Under the pieces are notes generated by a model. That model ran no database searches. It was not told where the DNA came from and saw only the letters and a list, made by a program, of their open reading frames with translations. Positions 55,294 to 64,000 of a stretch of 64,000 bases of DNA are shown piece after piece. Position 1 is the stretch's first letter; every line of letters begins with the position of its first letter. The DNA comes from a virus. Made by a program: the position numbers and the translations under genes. The stretch covers positions 4,146 through 68,145 of the IMG/VR virus record IMGVR_UViG_3300031851_000014; one strand, given 5' to 3'.

Positions 55294-57006
55294 TTGGAAC
55301 TCATTTGGGACATCGAAGCAAACGGTCTCGCGTACACAACAATCAACAAAAAAGGACAAGCAATCCCCGCGGCTACCAGAGTTTGGTGCATCGTGGCAAG
55401 AGAGGCAGGCACAGAGAGAGTCTACACGTACGGCCCCAACGACATCGAGCGGGGTATTGAACTGCTTAATGGCGCTTCTCTGTGGGTTGGTCATAATCTT
55501 ATCGGGTACGACATCCCCGTTCTTTCTAGATTTGGCCTTACTCGTAGCTGCCCTGTTCTTGATACTCTCGTTGTTTCTCGACTGATGTATCCTGACAAGA
55601 AAGATGTGAAGTTCCCTCTTCATAATAAGAAGGGGGTTCATTCACATTCTTTGGAGGCATGGGGTCGCAAGCTTGGTGAAGACAAGCAGGACTACGAAGG
55701 TGGCTGGGAAGCGTACTCCGAAGAGATGCTTGACTACTGTGTGCAAGACGTAGAAGTTAATAATAAAATTTATGATTACCAAAAGCCTTGGGTTGAAAAG
55801 AACAGGAAGGTTGTTCAGTTTGAACATCTTGTCGGACATGTGTGTGCTGACATGACTAAGCAAGGCTTTGGCTTTGACACCAAGAACGGTACTGAACTAC
55901 AGTATGAGCTACTTGGAGAGAAAGCAGAAATCGAGGATAACCTTCAAAAAATTTTTCCCACTATTACAGAGGAACGTTGGTCAGAAAAGACCGGAAAACA
56001 ATTGAAGTCTAAGGTTACAGTATTTAATCCTGCCTCTACTAAACAAATTGCTCATAGATTTAATGAGAAGTATAGTTGGAACGCACCCGTCAGTGATAAG
56101 GGTAACCCTAACTGCGATACTTCAGTTCTTAAAGGACTTAAGTTTCCAGAAGCTAAAGAGATTCTCCGTTACAGAGATATCCAAAAGCTTCTTGGCATGG
56201 TAGAGGATTGGATTATTAGAGCTGAGTCAGCAAGTGACAACAGGATTCATGGTAACTTCAACCATCAAGGTGCTGCTACTGGTCGTGCTACTCACTCGCA
56301 ACCTAATGTCGCTCAGGTAGATAAGAACCCAAGAGCTAGAGGATTGTGGAAACCACACGATGGTGACGTACAAGTCGGCTCTGACCTTAGCGGCCTTGAG
56401 TTGCGTATGCTTGCACACCAGATGGCTGAGTACGATGGTGGTGACTACGCTAAACAAATCCTTGAGGGTGACATTCATGACACTAACATGAAGGCTGCTG
56501 GCTTGACTAACAGAGATCAAGCTAAAACATTTATCTACGGCTTCCTATATGGTGCCGGATCAGAAAAGATCGGTAAGATTGTCGGCGGTAACGCCCGTGA
56601 TGGTCAACAACTTAAAGATCAATTCCTAAGGCAATTGCCTGCACTCAAGAAAGTAATTCAGAATGTCCAGTTTCAATCGGCGAAGCATGGTAGTGTTGAA
56701 TTGTTGGATGGTCGTCGTGTTCCTGTACGGAGTGATCACGCAGCTCTTAACACTTTACTACAGGGAAATGGCGCAGTTATATCTAAGCTCTGGCTCGTAC
56801 TGGCCCACCGTAAAATGGTAGATAAAGGTGTAAAGTTTATGGGCTGGATACACGATGAGATACAAGTGTCTTGTAAAAAAGATATTGCTAAAAGAGTTGG
56901 CATTACATTGGTTGACTGTGCAAAAGAAGCAGGAGAAATGCTTAAGGTTAAAATGCCAGTGGATGCTGAGTATGTGATCGGAGAGTCATGGGCAGATACC
57001 CATTAA
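55294..57006 (+). CDS. Family A DNA polymerase (T7 gp5-like)
   Basis: Exonuclease DIEANG, GHNLIGYD, YCVQD; polymerase DLSGLELR, RDQAKTFIYGFLYG, IHDE. Probable TTG start after AGGAGG. Confidence 0.96.
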   Translation: MELIWDIEANGLAYTTINKKGQAIPAATRVWCIVAREAGTERVYTYGPNDIERGIELLNGASLWVGHNLIGYDIPVLSRFGLTRSCPVLDTLVVSRLMYPDKKDVKFPLHNKKGVHSHSLEAWGRKLGEDKQDYEGGWEAYSEEMLDYCVQDVEVNNKIYDYQKPWVEKNRKVVQFEHLVGHVCADMTKQGFGFDTKNGTELQYELLGEKAEIEDNLQKIFPTITEERWSEKTGKQLKSKVTVFNPASTKQIAHRFNEKYSWNAPVSDKGNPNCDTSVLKGLKFPEAKEILRYRDIQKLLGMVEDWIIRAESASDNRIHGNFNHQGAATGRATHSQPNVAQVDKNPRARGLWKPHDGDVQVGSDLSGLELRMLAHQMAEYDGGDYAKQILEGDIHDTNMKAAGLTNRDQAKTFIYGFLYGAGSEKIGKIVGGNARDGQQLKDQFLRQLPALKKVIQNVQFQSAKHGSVELLDGRRVPVRSDHAALNTLLQGNGAVISKLWLVLAHRKMVDKGVKFMGWIHDEIQVSCKKDIAKRVGITLVDCAKEAGEMLKVKMPVDAEYVIGESWADTH

Positions 57007-57479
57007 AAATTTATTTATACAAACCGGACCACAGCAGATGGCAACATAGGTTGCTAACAATAGTTTCAAGAGTACAGTGGGGACACATAGCATTAGCTGT
57101 TGGTCCCGCTCTTTATTACATGGATCATAAAAAAGGTATGAGGATATGCAGCGAGAAAGCTGTACATAAACTTATGCACTGGGATGAATGTTTATTCTTA
57201 GAAGAACTAATCATTAACGATCCTAAAGTCTTAGACAATTTAAACAACACAGAATATAAACAGTCGTCTACATTGTACACGACCTTATGGTATTACGTAG
57301 GTAAGTTACTAAAGCTACCTATACCTAGCTTATGTTCTACAGAAACGTGTGTTATATTACAAAAACTTAAGTTTGATATTCCTAAATATTTAACAGCAGA
57401 AGAAATTAAGGAGTGGTTATATGAAAATGATTGCATTCGCGGGTCGCGCAGGCGTTGGCAAAACGACGATTGTTCGTGA
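56988..57479 (+). CDS. Hypothetical protein, possible permuted papain-like (NlpC/P60) fold
   Basis: WGHIAL upstream of LCSTE (His-before-Cys arrangement). Confidence 0.45.
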   Translation: MGRYPLKIYLYKPDHSRWQHRLLTIVSRVQWGHIALAVGPALYYMDHKKGMRICSEKAVHKLMHWDECLFLEELIINDPKVLDNLNNTEYKQSSTLYTTLWYYVGKLLKLPIPSLCSTETCVILQKLKFDIPKYLTAEEIKEWLYENDCIRGSRRRWQNDDCS

Positions 57480-58164
57480 ACTAATGAGGTTGTTGTACGA
57501 AGCTAAGTACTCACCGATCTATATTCCTTTTGCTAAAGAATTAAAAGAAGAAGCTAAGGCATTAGGTTACGACAAAGAAACTAATCCCAAGCAGTACCGT
57601 AAGCATTGCCAAGAGTTAGGCGCAGCTAAAAGAAAAGAGAACCCCGACTACTGGCTTGAAAGGTGGGAAGAACATGTTGAGAAAGCCTTGCTTGAAGAAG
57701 ACACCAGTGACTCATCTTACGAAAGAGTTATCCTTGTCGATGATTGCAGATATCTTAATGAAACAGAAAGAATTAAATCAAGAGGCGGAAAAGTTATCTT
57801 TGTTTCTGGAGGAGATAGAACTCTTGTTGATGAAACAGGGGAGTGGAGAACCCACGAGTCAGAAGCCCTAGCTAACCTGACAGATAGAACTCTACAATAT
57901 AAACACGACATGATCTCCCCGTTCTGCGAGTACTATTGGAACACCGAAAGTCTTGAAGAATTAGAAGAAGATGTTAGTCTAATTTTTGAGGAATGGCTAG
58001 AGGAATTCCCTTGTACATGCGAACTATGTGTAGCGAGGCGACAAAATCGTAGGGTAGATACAGATAAAGTTATGAATGAGATTAAAGACATATTGTTATC
58101 AGAAGATATTGACGTTAATGAGATTTTTAAAGATGATTCAACAACCGAAAGTGGCAGCGATTGA
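57421..58164 (+). CDS. Deoxynucleoside monophosphate kinase
   Basis: FAGRAGVGKTT, PFAKELK, R...QELG...R...PDYW, DDCRYLNE, HESE. Confidence 0.85.
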   Translation: MKMIAFAGRAGVGKTTIVRELMRLLYEAKYSPIYIPFAKELKEEAKALGYDKETNPKQYRKHCQELGAAKRKENPDYWLERWEEHVEKALLEEDTSDSSYERVILVDDCRYLNETERIKSRGGKVIFVSGGDRTLVDETGEWRTHESEALANLTDRTLQYKHDMISPFCEYYWNTESLEELEEDVSLIFEEWLEEFPCTCELCVARRQNRRVDTDKVMNEIKDILLSEDIDVNEIFKDDSTTESGSD

Positions 58165-58834
58165 CGGAGATATTATTGCTTATCGTTTAGCTTGCAAGGT
58201 TGACATATACGGTGATCAGTATCTCATTCAGAACATTCAAGAGTATGTAGCTGAGTGGACACCGGGTGATGTTAACCATGTTATTTTAACGTTTAGTTGT
58301 AACCGAGCAGATAATTTTAGAAAGATATACTGGCCTTTGTATAAGGAACACCGGAATGTCGTAGCTAAACCTGACTCGATGTCGTATGTTATTGATGCTA
58401 TGAGTGAGATCTACGAGAGCTTTAAGAAAGATATTATAGAAGCAGATGACATTATGGGCAAGCTTGCATCAGCAGGTAAGGCTATAGCTGTTACTATTGA
58501 TAAGGATCTTAGAGGCGTACCCGGATGGCACTGGAACCCTGATAAGGAATGGGAACCTAGATACGTGACCTACGATCAAGCAGACAGATTCTTCTGTAAG
58601 CAGTGGATCATGGGTGACAGCACAGATAAAGTTCCCGGTATCCCTAAGGTGGGTCCGGTCAAAGCGGAGCGTCTACTCGATACTGTAGAGCCTCACAACA
58701 GAGAGCAATTAATTCTAGCAGAGTATGAAAAAAAGGGGCTATCAGAAGAATATGCCCTTGGTCAAGCTACTGCAATTCGTATTTTAAGGATTGGCGAAAA
58801 GCCCGTTCTTTGGCAACCAAGCTGGTATGTCTAA
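58133..58834 (+). CDS. 5'-3' exonuclease (T7 gp6-like)
   Basis: IDGDIIAY, YKEHR, EADD, TIDKDL, GDSTDKVPGIPKVGPVKA. Confidence 0.92.
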   Translation: MIQQPKVAAIDGDIIAYRLACKVDIYGDQYLIQNIQEYVAEWTPGDVNHVILTFSCNRADNFRKIYWPLYKEHRNVVAKPDSMSYVIDAMSEIYESFKKDIIEADDIMGKLASAGKAIAVTIDKDLRGVPGWHWNPDKEWEPRYVTYDQADRFFCKQWIMGDSTDKVPGIPKVGPVKAERLLDTVEPHNREQLILAEYEKKGLSEEYALGQATAIRILRIGEKPVLWQPSWYV

Positions 58835-58851
58835 AAAACCCAGCTATTAGC
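58832..58851 (+). promoter_or_regulatory. Repeated promoter-like motif, copy 4 (TAAAAAACCCAGCTATTAG)
   Basis: Upstream of the nrdJ RBS; slightly degenerate. Confidence 0.5.
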
Positions 58852-58868
58852 TACAAAAGGAGAAGCAC

Positions 58869-60764
58869 ATGGATTTTTTTGGTAACTTTATTCACCAGTC
58901 TCGTTACGCTAGATGGAACTCAAGCGCAGAGAGACGTGAAACTTGGGAAGAAACTGTTGACAGATACTGGTTGTGGATGTCAGAAAAGTTTCCCAAACTC
59001 AGCGAAAGGCCCGACATTAGAGAGGCCATCGTTAATAAAAATATTATGCCAAGTATGAGGGCACTTATGACTGCTGGAGAAGCAGCAGATAGGGACAACA
59101 CATGTACCTATAATTGTTCTTACTTGTGCCTGAATGGCCCTGAAGAAATGGGTGAATTAACTTATATTCTTATGAACGGAACCGGAGTCGGATTTTCTGT
59201 TGAGGAAGACGTGGCCCATAAGTGGCCTACTCTGCCAGAAGAAATCATTAGAACAGATCAAGTCATTACTGTAGAAGATTCAAAAGAGGGATGGGCTAAT
59301 GCCGTGACTGAATTGATTACTAATCTACTTGATGGCAAGCACCTTACTTGGGACATGTCCAAGGTAAGACCAGCAGGCGAAAGATTGAAGGTCTTCGGGG
59401 GACGAGCCAGTGGACCCCAACCATTGGAAGACGTATTTAGATTTATTACGAATTTATTCTACAACAAACGTGGCTCTAGGCTCCGACCCGTTGATCTTCA
59501 TGACATCGCTTGCTGTATTGGTAAAGCTATTGTTGTTGGTGGCGTACGCCGTTCAGCAATGATTTCATTGAGCGATCTCTCAGATATTGAGATGGCTAAG
59601 TGTAAGTCCGGTAACTGGTGGGACACAAATGGACAGAGAGCCTTGGCTAATAACTCTGCCGTGTACAACCACAAGCCCAGCATGACCGAATTCTTGGTTG
59701 AATGGGCTAACCTCTACGAGTCACACTCAGGTGAGCGTGGTATCTTTAATCGGTACGGGGCCAAGGAAGCTATGGCTAAAACTGGTATGAGAGACAACTC
59801 TCAGCAGTTTGGTACTAACCCATGTGGTGAGATTACCCTGCGGCATAAGCAGTTCTGTAACCTTACAGAAGTGGTCATCCGAGCAGAAGATTCTACATGT
59901 GATATTGAATTGAAGATTGAGCAGGCTACCATCCTCGGTACGTGTCAGTCAGCGTTGACTCATCTCCCCTACCTCAGTGAGGAATGGAAGAAGAACAGCG
60001 AAGAAGAAAGACTCCTTGGAGTTTCCTTGACAGGTATCTGGGATAACAGTATTACTTATGGAAAGATTTCTATGGGCCAGCTTCGACAGAGGCTCAAGAG
60101 GTGGCGACAGTTAACTCATGAAGTGAATGCTGATTGGGCTAATAGAATTGGTATCAACCCATCGGTGGCAATCACTACGGTCAAGCCATCGGGTACGGTG
60201 TCGTGTCTTGTGGACAGTGCCTCGGGTATCCACCCTCGGTATGCCAAGCACTACATCAGGCGCGTTAGGATGGACGCTAAGGATCCACTGTGCAAGCTCA
60301 TGATGGATCAAGGTGTGCCCAACGAACCGTGCGCTCTCAACCCAGATTCCACTATCATCTTTTCTTTCCCAATTGGTGCGCCAGATTCAGCGGTCACGAG
60401 AACAGATGTCTCGGCCATGCGTCACCTCGAACTGTGGATGGTATACAAACAATGCTGGACAGATCACAATCCCTCAGTCACAATCGAATACTCTGATGAC
60501 GAGTTCATGGAAATCGGTGACTGGGTGTATAAAAACTTTAATGATATTCAGGGCATCTCATTCCTGCCTCGGACAGAGCATGTGTACAAGCAGGCTCCCT
60601 TCGAGCCGGTCAACGAGGTTACCTATAAGACGGCATGCGATAAGATGCCTATCATCAGATGGGATAAACTCTCTGAGTATGAAAAAGAAGACAACACGAA
60701 AGCTAGTCAAACGTTTGCTTGTGTCGGCGGTCAATGCGAGATCGTAGATACAACAGATAATTAG
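58869..60764 (+). CDS. nrdJ: Class II (adenosylcobalamin-dependent) ribonucleotide reductase
   Basis: MPSMRALMTAG, YNCS, GTGVGFSVE, VVGGVRRSAMISL, TNPCGEI, FCNL, KPSGT, C-terminal CVGGQC. Confidence 0.92.
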   Translation: MDFFGNFIHQSRYARWNSSAERRETWEETVDRYWLWMSEKFPKLSERPDIREAIVNKNIMPSMRALMTAGEAADRDNTCTYNCSYLCLNGPEEMGELTYILMNGTGVGFSVEEDVAHKWPTLPEEIIRTDQVITVEDSKEGWANAVTELITNLLDGKHLTWDMSKVRPAGERLKVFGGRASGPQPLEDVFRFITNLFYNKRGSRLRPVDLHDIACCIGKAIVVGGVRRSAMISLSDLSDIEMAKCKSGNWWDTNGQRALANNSAVYNHKPSMTEFLVEWANLYESHSGERGIFNRYGAKEAMAKTGMRDNSQQFGTNPCGEITLRHKQFCNLTEVVIRAEDSTCDIELKIEQATILGTCQSALTHLPYLSEEWKKNSEEERLLGVSLTGIWDNSITYGKISMGQLRQRLKRWRQLTHEVNADWANRIGINPSVAITTVKPSGTVSCLVDSASGIHPRYAKHYIRRVRMDAKDPLCKLMMDQGVPNEPCALNPDSTIIFSFPIGAPDSAVTRTDVSAMRHLELWMVYKQCWTDHNPSVTIEYSDDEFMEIGDWVYKNFNDIQGISFLPRTEHVYKQAPFEPVNEVTYKTACDKMPIIRWDKLSEYEKEDNTKASQTFACVGGQCEIVDTTDN

Positions 60765-60773
60765 GAGAACACT

Positions 60774-61013
60774 ATGCACAATATTGATCAAGTTATTAGA
60801 CGATTACGATTAAGTGGAAGCGGTGTGGCTATGTCACAAGGAGAAATGCGTATGCTTTTTATTCACTTAATCCAGAAAGTGGAGAACTTAGAAAATGAAA
60901 TTTCCTTATGTAGATCCCAAGCTTGTGGAAGTACTGGAGAATCTGTATCCTCCCCTGAACCCAAGCTTAGAGGACGTAAAGGATCCTCACCTAAAGCTGA
61001 ACCTAGCTCATAG
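60774..61013 (+). CDS. Small hypothetical protein
   Basis: AGGAG RBS; overlaps the next ORF by 119 nt. Confidence 0.55.
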   Translation: MHNIDQVIRRLRLSGSGVAMSQGEMRMLFIHLIQKVENLENEISLCRSQACGSTGESVSSPEPKLRGRKGSSPKAEPSS

Positions 61014-61077
61014 AGCAGGTCAACAGGAACTTATTGTAAAATTAAAATCTATTAGCGCAGAGCAGAACAGGAGGTAA
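60895..61077 (+). CDS. Small conserved podovirus protein (T7 gp6.5-like position)
   Basis: P.VD..LVE.LE..YP...AGQQELI..LK pattern; GGAG RBS. Confidence 0.6.
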   Translation: MKFPYVDPKLVEVLENLYPPLNPSLEDVKDPHLKLNLAHRAGQQELIVKLKSISAEQNRR

Positions 61078-61079
61078 TT

Positions 61080-62360
61080 ATGAGTGGAAACGCAGATATA
61101 ACAGAATCACTTGAAGAATTTGATTTAGATACAATGCAAGAAACAGGCCAAGCAGAATACCGACTTGAAGATGTGGCTGATAGGATTTACACTACCTTAC
61201 ACCGAGGTCAACAGAACCAGTGGGGAAGTCAAAGTTACATCCACGATAGTGTGGGAGATTACGGTCTACAGCACCAGTACAATGTACAGGGTGAGTTCTA
61301 TCAAGGATTTGCTCCAGCAGTAGAATCTATTTCTAATGACTTTTATAGTACTATGAGAGGTATTGAAATTAAAGATGATTATCTTCAGGCTACAGAAAAA
61401 GAATTAACTTCTATTGTTGGTAGTATTGAAGAAGCCTCACGCTTATTAGAAAGACCTTCTACTAAAAAAGTCAGAACACTCGGCGATTTAACTAATAGAT
61501 ATGAGCAGGTAAAAAGATCTAGGCAAGCTGCCGCCTCTAACTTAGAGGTAGGAAGTATAAACACAGGGCCAACTGTTTCTTACGTTGACCCTTTAACAGG
61601 TAAAACTATTTCAAGAAACCAGTTTATGTCAGAAGATCCTACCGCTTATCTTGGTACACCTAGTACAGATGCTTTTAATGAATCTAAGGCTTATTTTAAA
61701 AACAGAATTGCAGGAGAAGGCGAAGCTAGAGCAAACACAGAGTACAGCCGTATGATGGACTGGTGGAATAACAGTGATCAGCAGTTAGTTCAAATCTCTA
61801 CAGACGAATCCGGCAATCCTATAATGGGATACGAAAATGTTAACTATGAAGGTGTTTTAAATTTCTCTCCTTCTTCTAACGGTTCTATTTCACAACAAGA
61901 TATGCAACGTATTTTAAACCAAGGATCATCTTTTTTTGGTCAACAAGGATATAACGACGCTTTTAATTCTATGGTTGGATTTACTACTAACCCTGAATAT
62001 ACATCAACGCATGGTAATGTAAACCTCAGCGGAATTACAGGGATGAGCGAAGCTCAACAAGAACAAATCTTTAATGAGTTAGCTTCTTTAACTTCTACTA
62101 CATACGGTGGGTTATATTCATCTGCCTTTGAATCTATGGGATCTAGTTTAGCTGCTGCTAACTTGGGGTTTGGTACTGCTGAACAAGCTTTTGCTGCTTC
62201 CAAAGAACAAAAGTTTGTTGCTAACGAAAAACAAAAAGCATTACAACAATCCCTACGCAAATTAGGCGAAACCTTTTCTAAGGGCAAACAAAAACTTTTA
62301 CCAAATGAATCGGATCCTTTAACAAGGTTTTCTGGATTTAAAGGAGGTAGACCTCAATGA
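61080..62360 (+). CDS. Hypothetical pre-portal virion protein (426 aa)
   Basis: GGAGGT RBS; Gln/Ser/Gly-rich; position before the portal. Confidence 0.65.
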   Translation: MSGNADITESLEEFDLDTMQETGQAEYRLEDVADRIYTTLHRGQQNQWGSQSYIHDSVGDYGLQHQYNVQGEFYQGFAPAVESISNDFYSTMRGIEIKDDYLQATEKELTSIVGSIEEASRLLERPSTKKVRTLGDLTNRYEQVKRSRQAAASNLEVGSINTGPTVSYVDPLTGKTISRNQFMSEDPTAYLGTPSTDAFNESKAYFKNRIAGEGEARANTEYSRMMDWWNNSDQQLVQISTDESGNPIMGYENVNYEGVLNFSPSSNGSISQQDMQRILNQGSSFFGQQGYNDAFNSMVGFTTNPEYTSTHGNVNLSGITGMSEAQQEQIFNELASLTSTTYGGLYSSAFESMGSSLAAANLGFGTAEQAFAASKEQKFVANEKQKALQQSLRKLGETFSKGKQKLLPNESDPLTRFSGFKGGRPQ

Positions 62361-62830
62361 AAAATTACTTTATCCTACCGGGAAAATTAAACGGTTCTTT
62401 AATTGGGCCTTATTACGGCGGAGTAGACGCACCAGAACCTGTTAATACGGCTGCTATTATTGCCGCTCAAAATGAAGCCGCAATGCAGCAAGCAGAAATG
62501 CAAGCACAACAGTTTGACCAAATGCAAGAGTATCAAAGAGAACGAGAAGCATTTGCTTTGTCACAAAGAGATAATGAAACTCAAATTGCTATGATGGAGC
62601 AGTCTATTCAAGAGGCAATGGAATCTCTTTTAGCTGGTGAAATTGAAGAACAAGATGAACAAGCTGAAGGCGGTCAAATTAACCTTAATTTTACTCAATC
62701 ATTGTTAGACGCTATGCAGAACTACGGCACAGCAGTCCCCGAAACCGGAGGCGGTCAAACAGGAACAGATCCTAATGCCCCTACACCCGGTATGGGAGGA
62801 AATAACAGTATTACAGGGAGGCCAGTCTAA
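62357..62830 (+). CDS. Pre-portal virion/tail assembly protein (gp7.3-like position)
   Basis: AAGGAGGT RBS; Gln/Glu-rich helix; immediately before the portal. Confidence 0.55.
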   Translation: MKNYFILPGKLNGSLIGPYYGGVDAPEPVNTAAIIAAQNEAAMQQAEMQAQQFDQMQEYQREREAFALSQRDNETQIAMMEQSIQEAMESLLAGEIEEQDEQAEGGQINLNFTQSLLDAMQNYGTAVPETGGGQTGTDPNAPTPGMGGNNSITGRPV

Positions 62831-64000
62831 TGTCACCAATCCCACCAGAAGGAAGTATTTACGAACGATTTAGAACTTTAGATACGGATAGGACAAGTAA
62901 GTTAGATCGTGCCCGAGCATGCTCAGCCTTGACTATTCCTTCCGTTCTTCCTCCTGAGACTTGGACAGAACAAGATGAGCTTATTCAACCTTCCTCATCT
63001 ATGCCAAGCCGTGGGGTAACTAACTTAGCTAGTCGTATGCTTAGTGCTTTAATTCCTTTAAATGATTTACCCTTCTTTCAGTTTGAAGCTGAGTCAGGTA
63101 TTAATTTAGAGCCTAAACTAGAAGCATACTTACAGTCTTTATCTATGCAGGTTTATACTAAGATTGTAGGAAAGAATTTTAGAGAAACTATCTTCTCAGC
63201 CTTGCAGCACTTAATCATTACAGGTGATTGTATTCTTGTTATGGAAGATGATTTTAATTATCGTCTTATCCGACAAGATCATTATGTTGTACGACGTGAT
63301 ATCGTAGGCCAGCCTATTGAGATCATCCACTTAGAATTTATTGCTAATGACTCTAGCTTACCTGCGTTAGAAAACTACGGTGTGTCTGATTCTAATAACA
63401 GAAAAGGTTATGATACTGTTTACGTTCGATTGACTTATAACGAAGAAGCAAAAGAATGGGACGTGTTACGTGAAAACGAAGAGGGTGACTTTATTTCCTC
63501 AGGTAAGTACAAGGTTCTTCCTTACGCTTGCCTTCGATGGATCGGAATCCCCGGAGAAAACTACGGACGGTCGCACTGTGAAGAAATCTTTGGTGACATC
63601 CAGTCACTAGAAGCGTACACGCAGGCTATGCTTGAGGGTATGGCCGCAGCTAGTGCGTTCTGGATTGGTATTAATCCCGCTGGTGTGACTAATGTTGAAG
63701 ACGTAGCCGGTAGAGATAACGGTTCTTACATCTCAGCACGTCGAGAAGATGTGTTCACTTTGTCCCCGTCAGATACCTTAACGCCACAAATTCAATCAAT
63801 TTCTGCTGCTGTTGAAGCTATGAGACGAGAGGTCTCTGTGGCCTTCTTAATGTCAGCCGGTGCTATCCCATCAGGTGACCGTGTTACCGCTACGGCAGTG
63901 CGTATGATTGGATCAGAATTAGAAACTATTTTAGGCGGTGCTTTCTCCTCTATTGCTAGAGAGATGATGGTCCCTATTGTTAAACGAGCTGTGTTTGTTA
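62830..64000 (+). CDS. Portal / head-to-tail connector (T7 gp8-like), 3'-truncated
   Basis: Read manually from ATG 62830: ...LTIPSVLPPE...SRGVTNLASRMLSALIP...PFF...LIITGD...GENYGRSHCEE...DRVTAT.VR...ELE..LGG.FS. Confidence 0.95.
   Translation, partial: MSPIPPEGSIYERFRTLDTDRTSKLDRARACSALTIPSVLPPETWTEQDELIQPSSSMPSRGVTNLASRMLSALIPLNDLPFFQFEAESGINLEPKLEAYLQSLSMQVYTKIVGKNFRETIFSALQHLIITGDCILVMEDDFNYRLIRQDHYVVRRDIVGQPIEIIHLEFIANDSSLPALENYGVSDSNNRKGYDTVYVRLTYNEEAKEWDVLRENEEGDFISSGKYKVLPYACLRWIGIPGENYGRSHCEEIFGDIQSLEAYTQAMLEGMAAASAFWIGINPAGVTNVEDVAGRDNGSYISARREDVFTLSPSDTLTPQIQSISAAVEAMRREVSVAFLMSAGAIPSGDRVTATAVRMIGSELETILGGAFSSIAREMMVPIVKRAVFV

Noticed and set aside
60347-60358. Extra TTCCACTATCAT copy inside nrdJ
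   Set aside because: It encodes part of DSTII within a conserved gene, lacks the downstream hairpin/RBS context, and is probably chance, though it cannot be excluded.
3016-62287. Numerous minus-strand ORFs in the ORF track (e.g. 9314..9847, 33990..34484, 40296..40730)
   Set aside because: Essentially all lie antisense to well-supported + strand genes, lack RBSs and motifs, and are expected shadows of codon bias in a unidirectional genome.
1-64000. Prophage/integration module, DGR or reverse transcriptase, introns/inteins, stop-codon recoding
   Set aside because: No integrase, repressor or RT motifs were seen. terL, PolA, helicase, RNAP and NrdJ are uninterrupted and of normal length. The standard code gives dense, tightly coupled genes.

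Overview
The window is most of the genome of a lytic, T7-like podovirus (Autographiviridae-type architecture), with essentially all genes on the + strand. It is circularly permuted: it opens inside the tail tubular protein B gene and ends inside the portal gene. Gene order is tail tube B, tail fibre, a 2221-aa Cys-rich protein, holin-like and many Lys/Arg-rich microproteins, terminase small and large subunits, a sulfotransferase-like gene, three ejection-type proteins (215, 1408 and 4661 aa), a dockerin-like gene, a probable genome end near 39.1 kb, a GC-richer early region, thyX, DUF932, tRNA-Lys, a mini citrate-synthase-fold gene, tRNA-Leu, a T7-type RNA polymerase, a FliA-like sigma factor, the replication module (SSB, RusA, primase-helicase, PolA, dNMP kinase, exonuclease, class II RNR) and the portal. 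The main finding is that the 4661-aa, apparently Cys-free ejection protein carries single-subunit RNA polymerase motifs A and B (FDADASG; KxxxKx7YG) at N4 virion-RNAP-like spacing. The phage may therefore have a three-part transcription system (virion RNAP, T7-type RNAP, sigma factor), and two distinct repeated promoter-like motifs are visible: CCACTATCA in the early region and TAAAAA(A)CCCA-N2/3-TAT(A/T)A at middle/late gene junctions. Dockerin-like and other modules hint at a Planctomycetota (Phycisphaerales-like) host. All assignments are by-eye motif recognition; no database searches were run.
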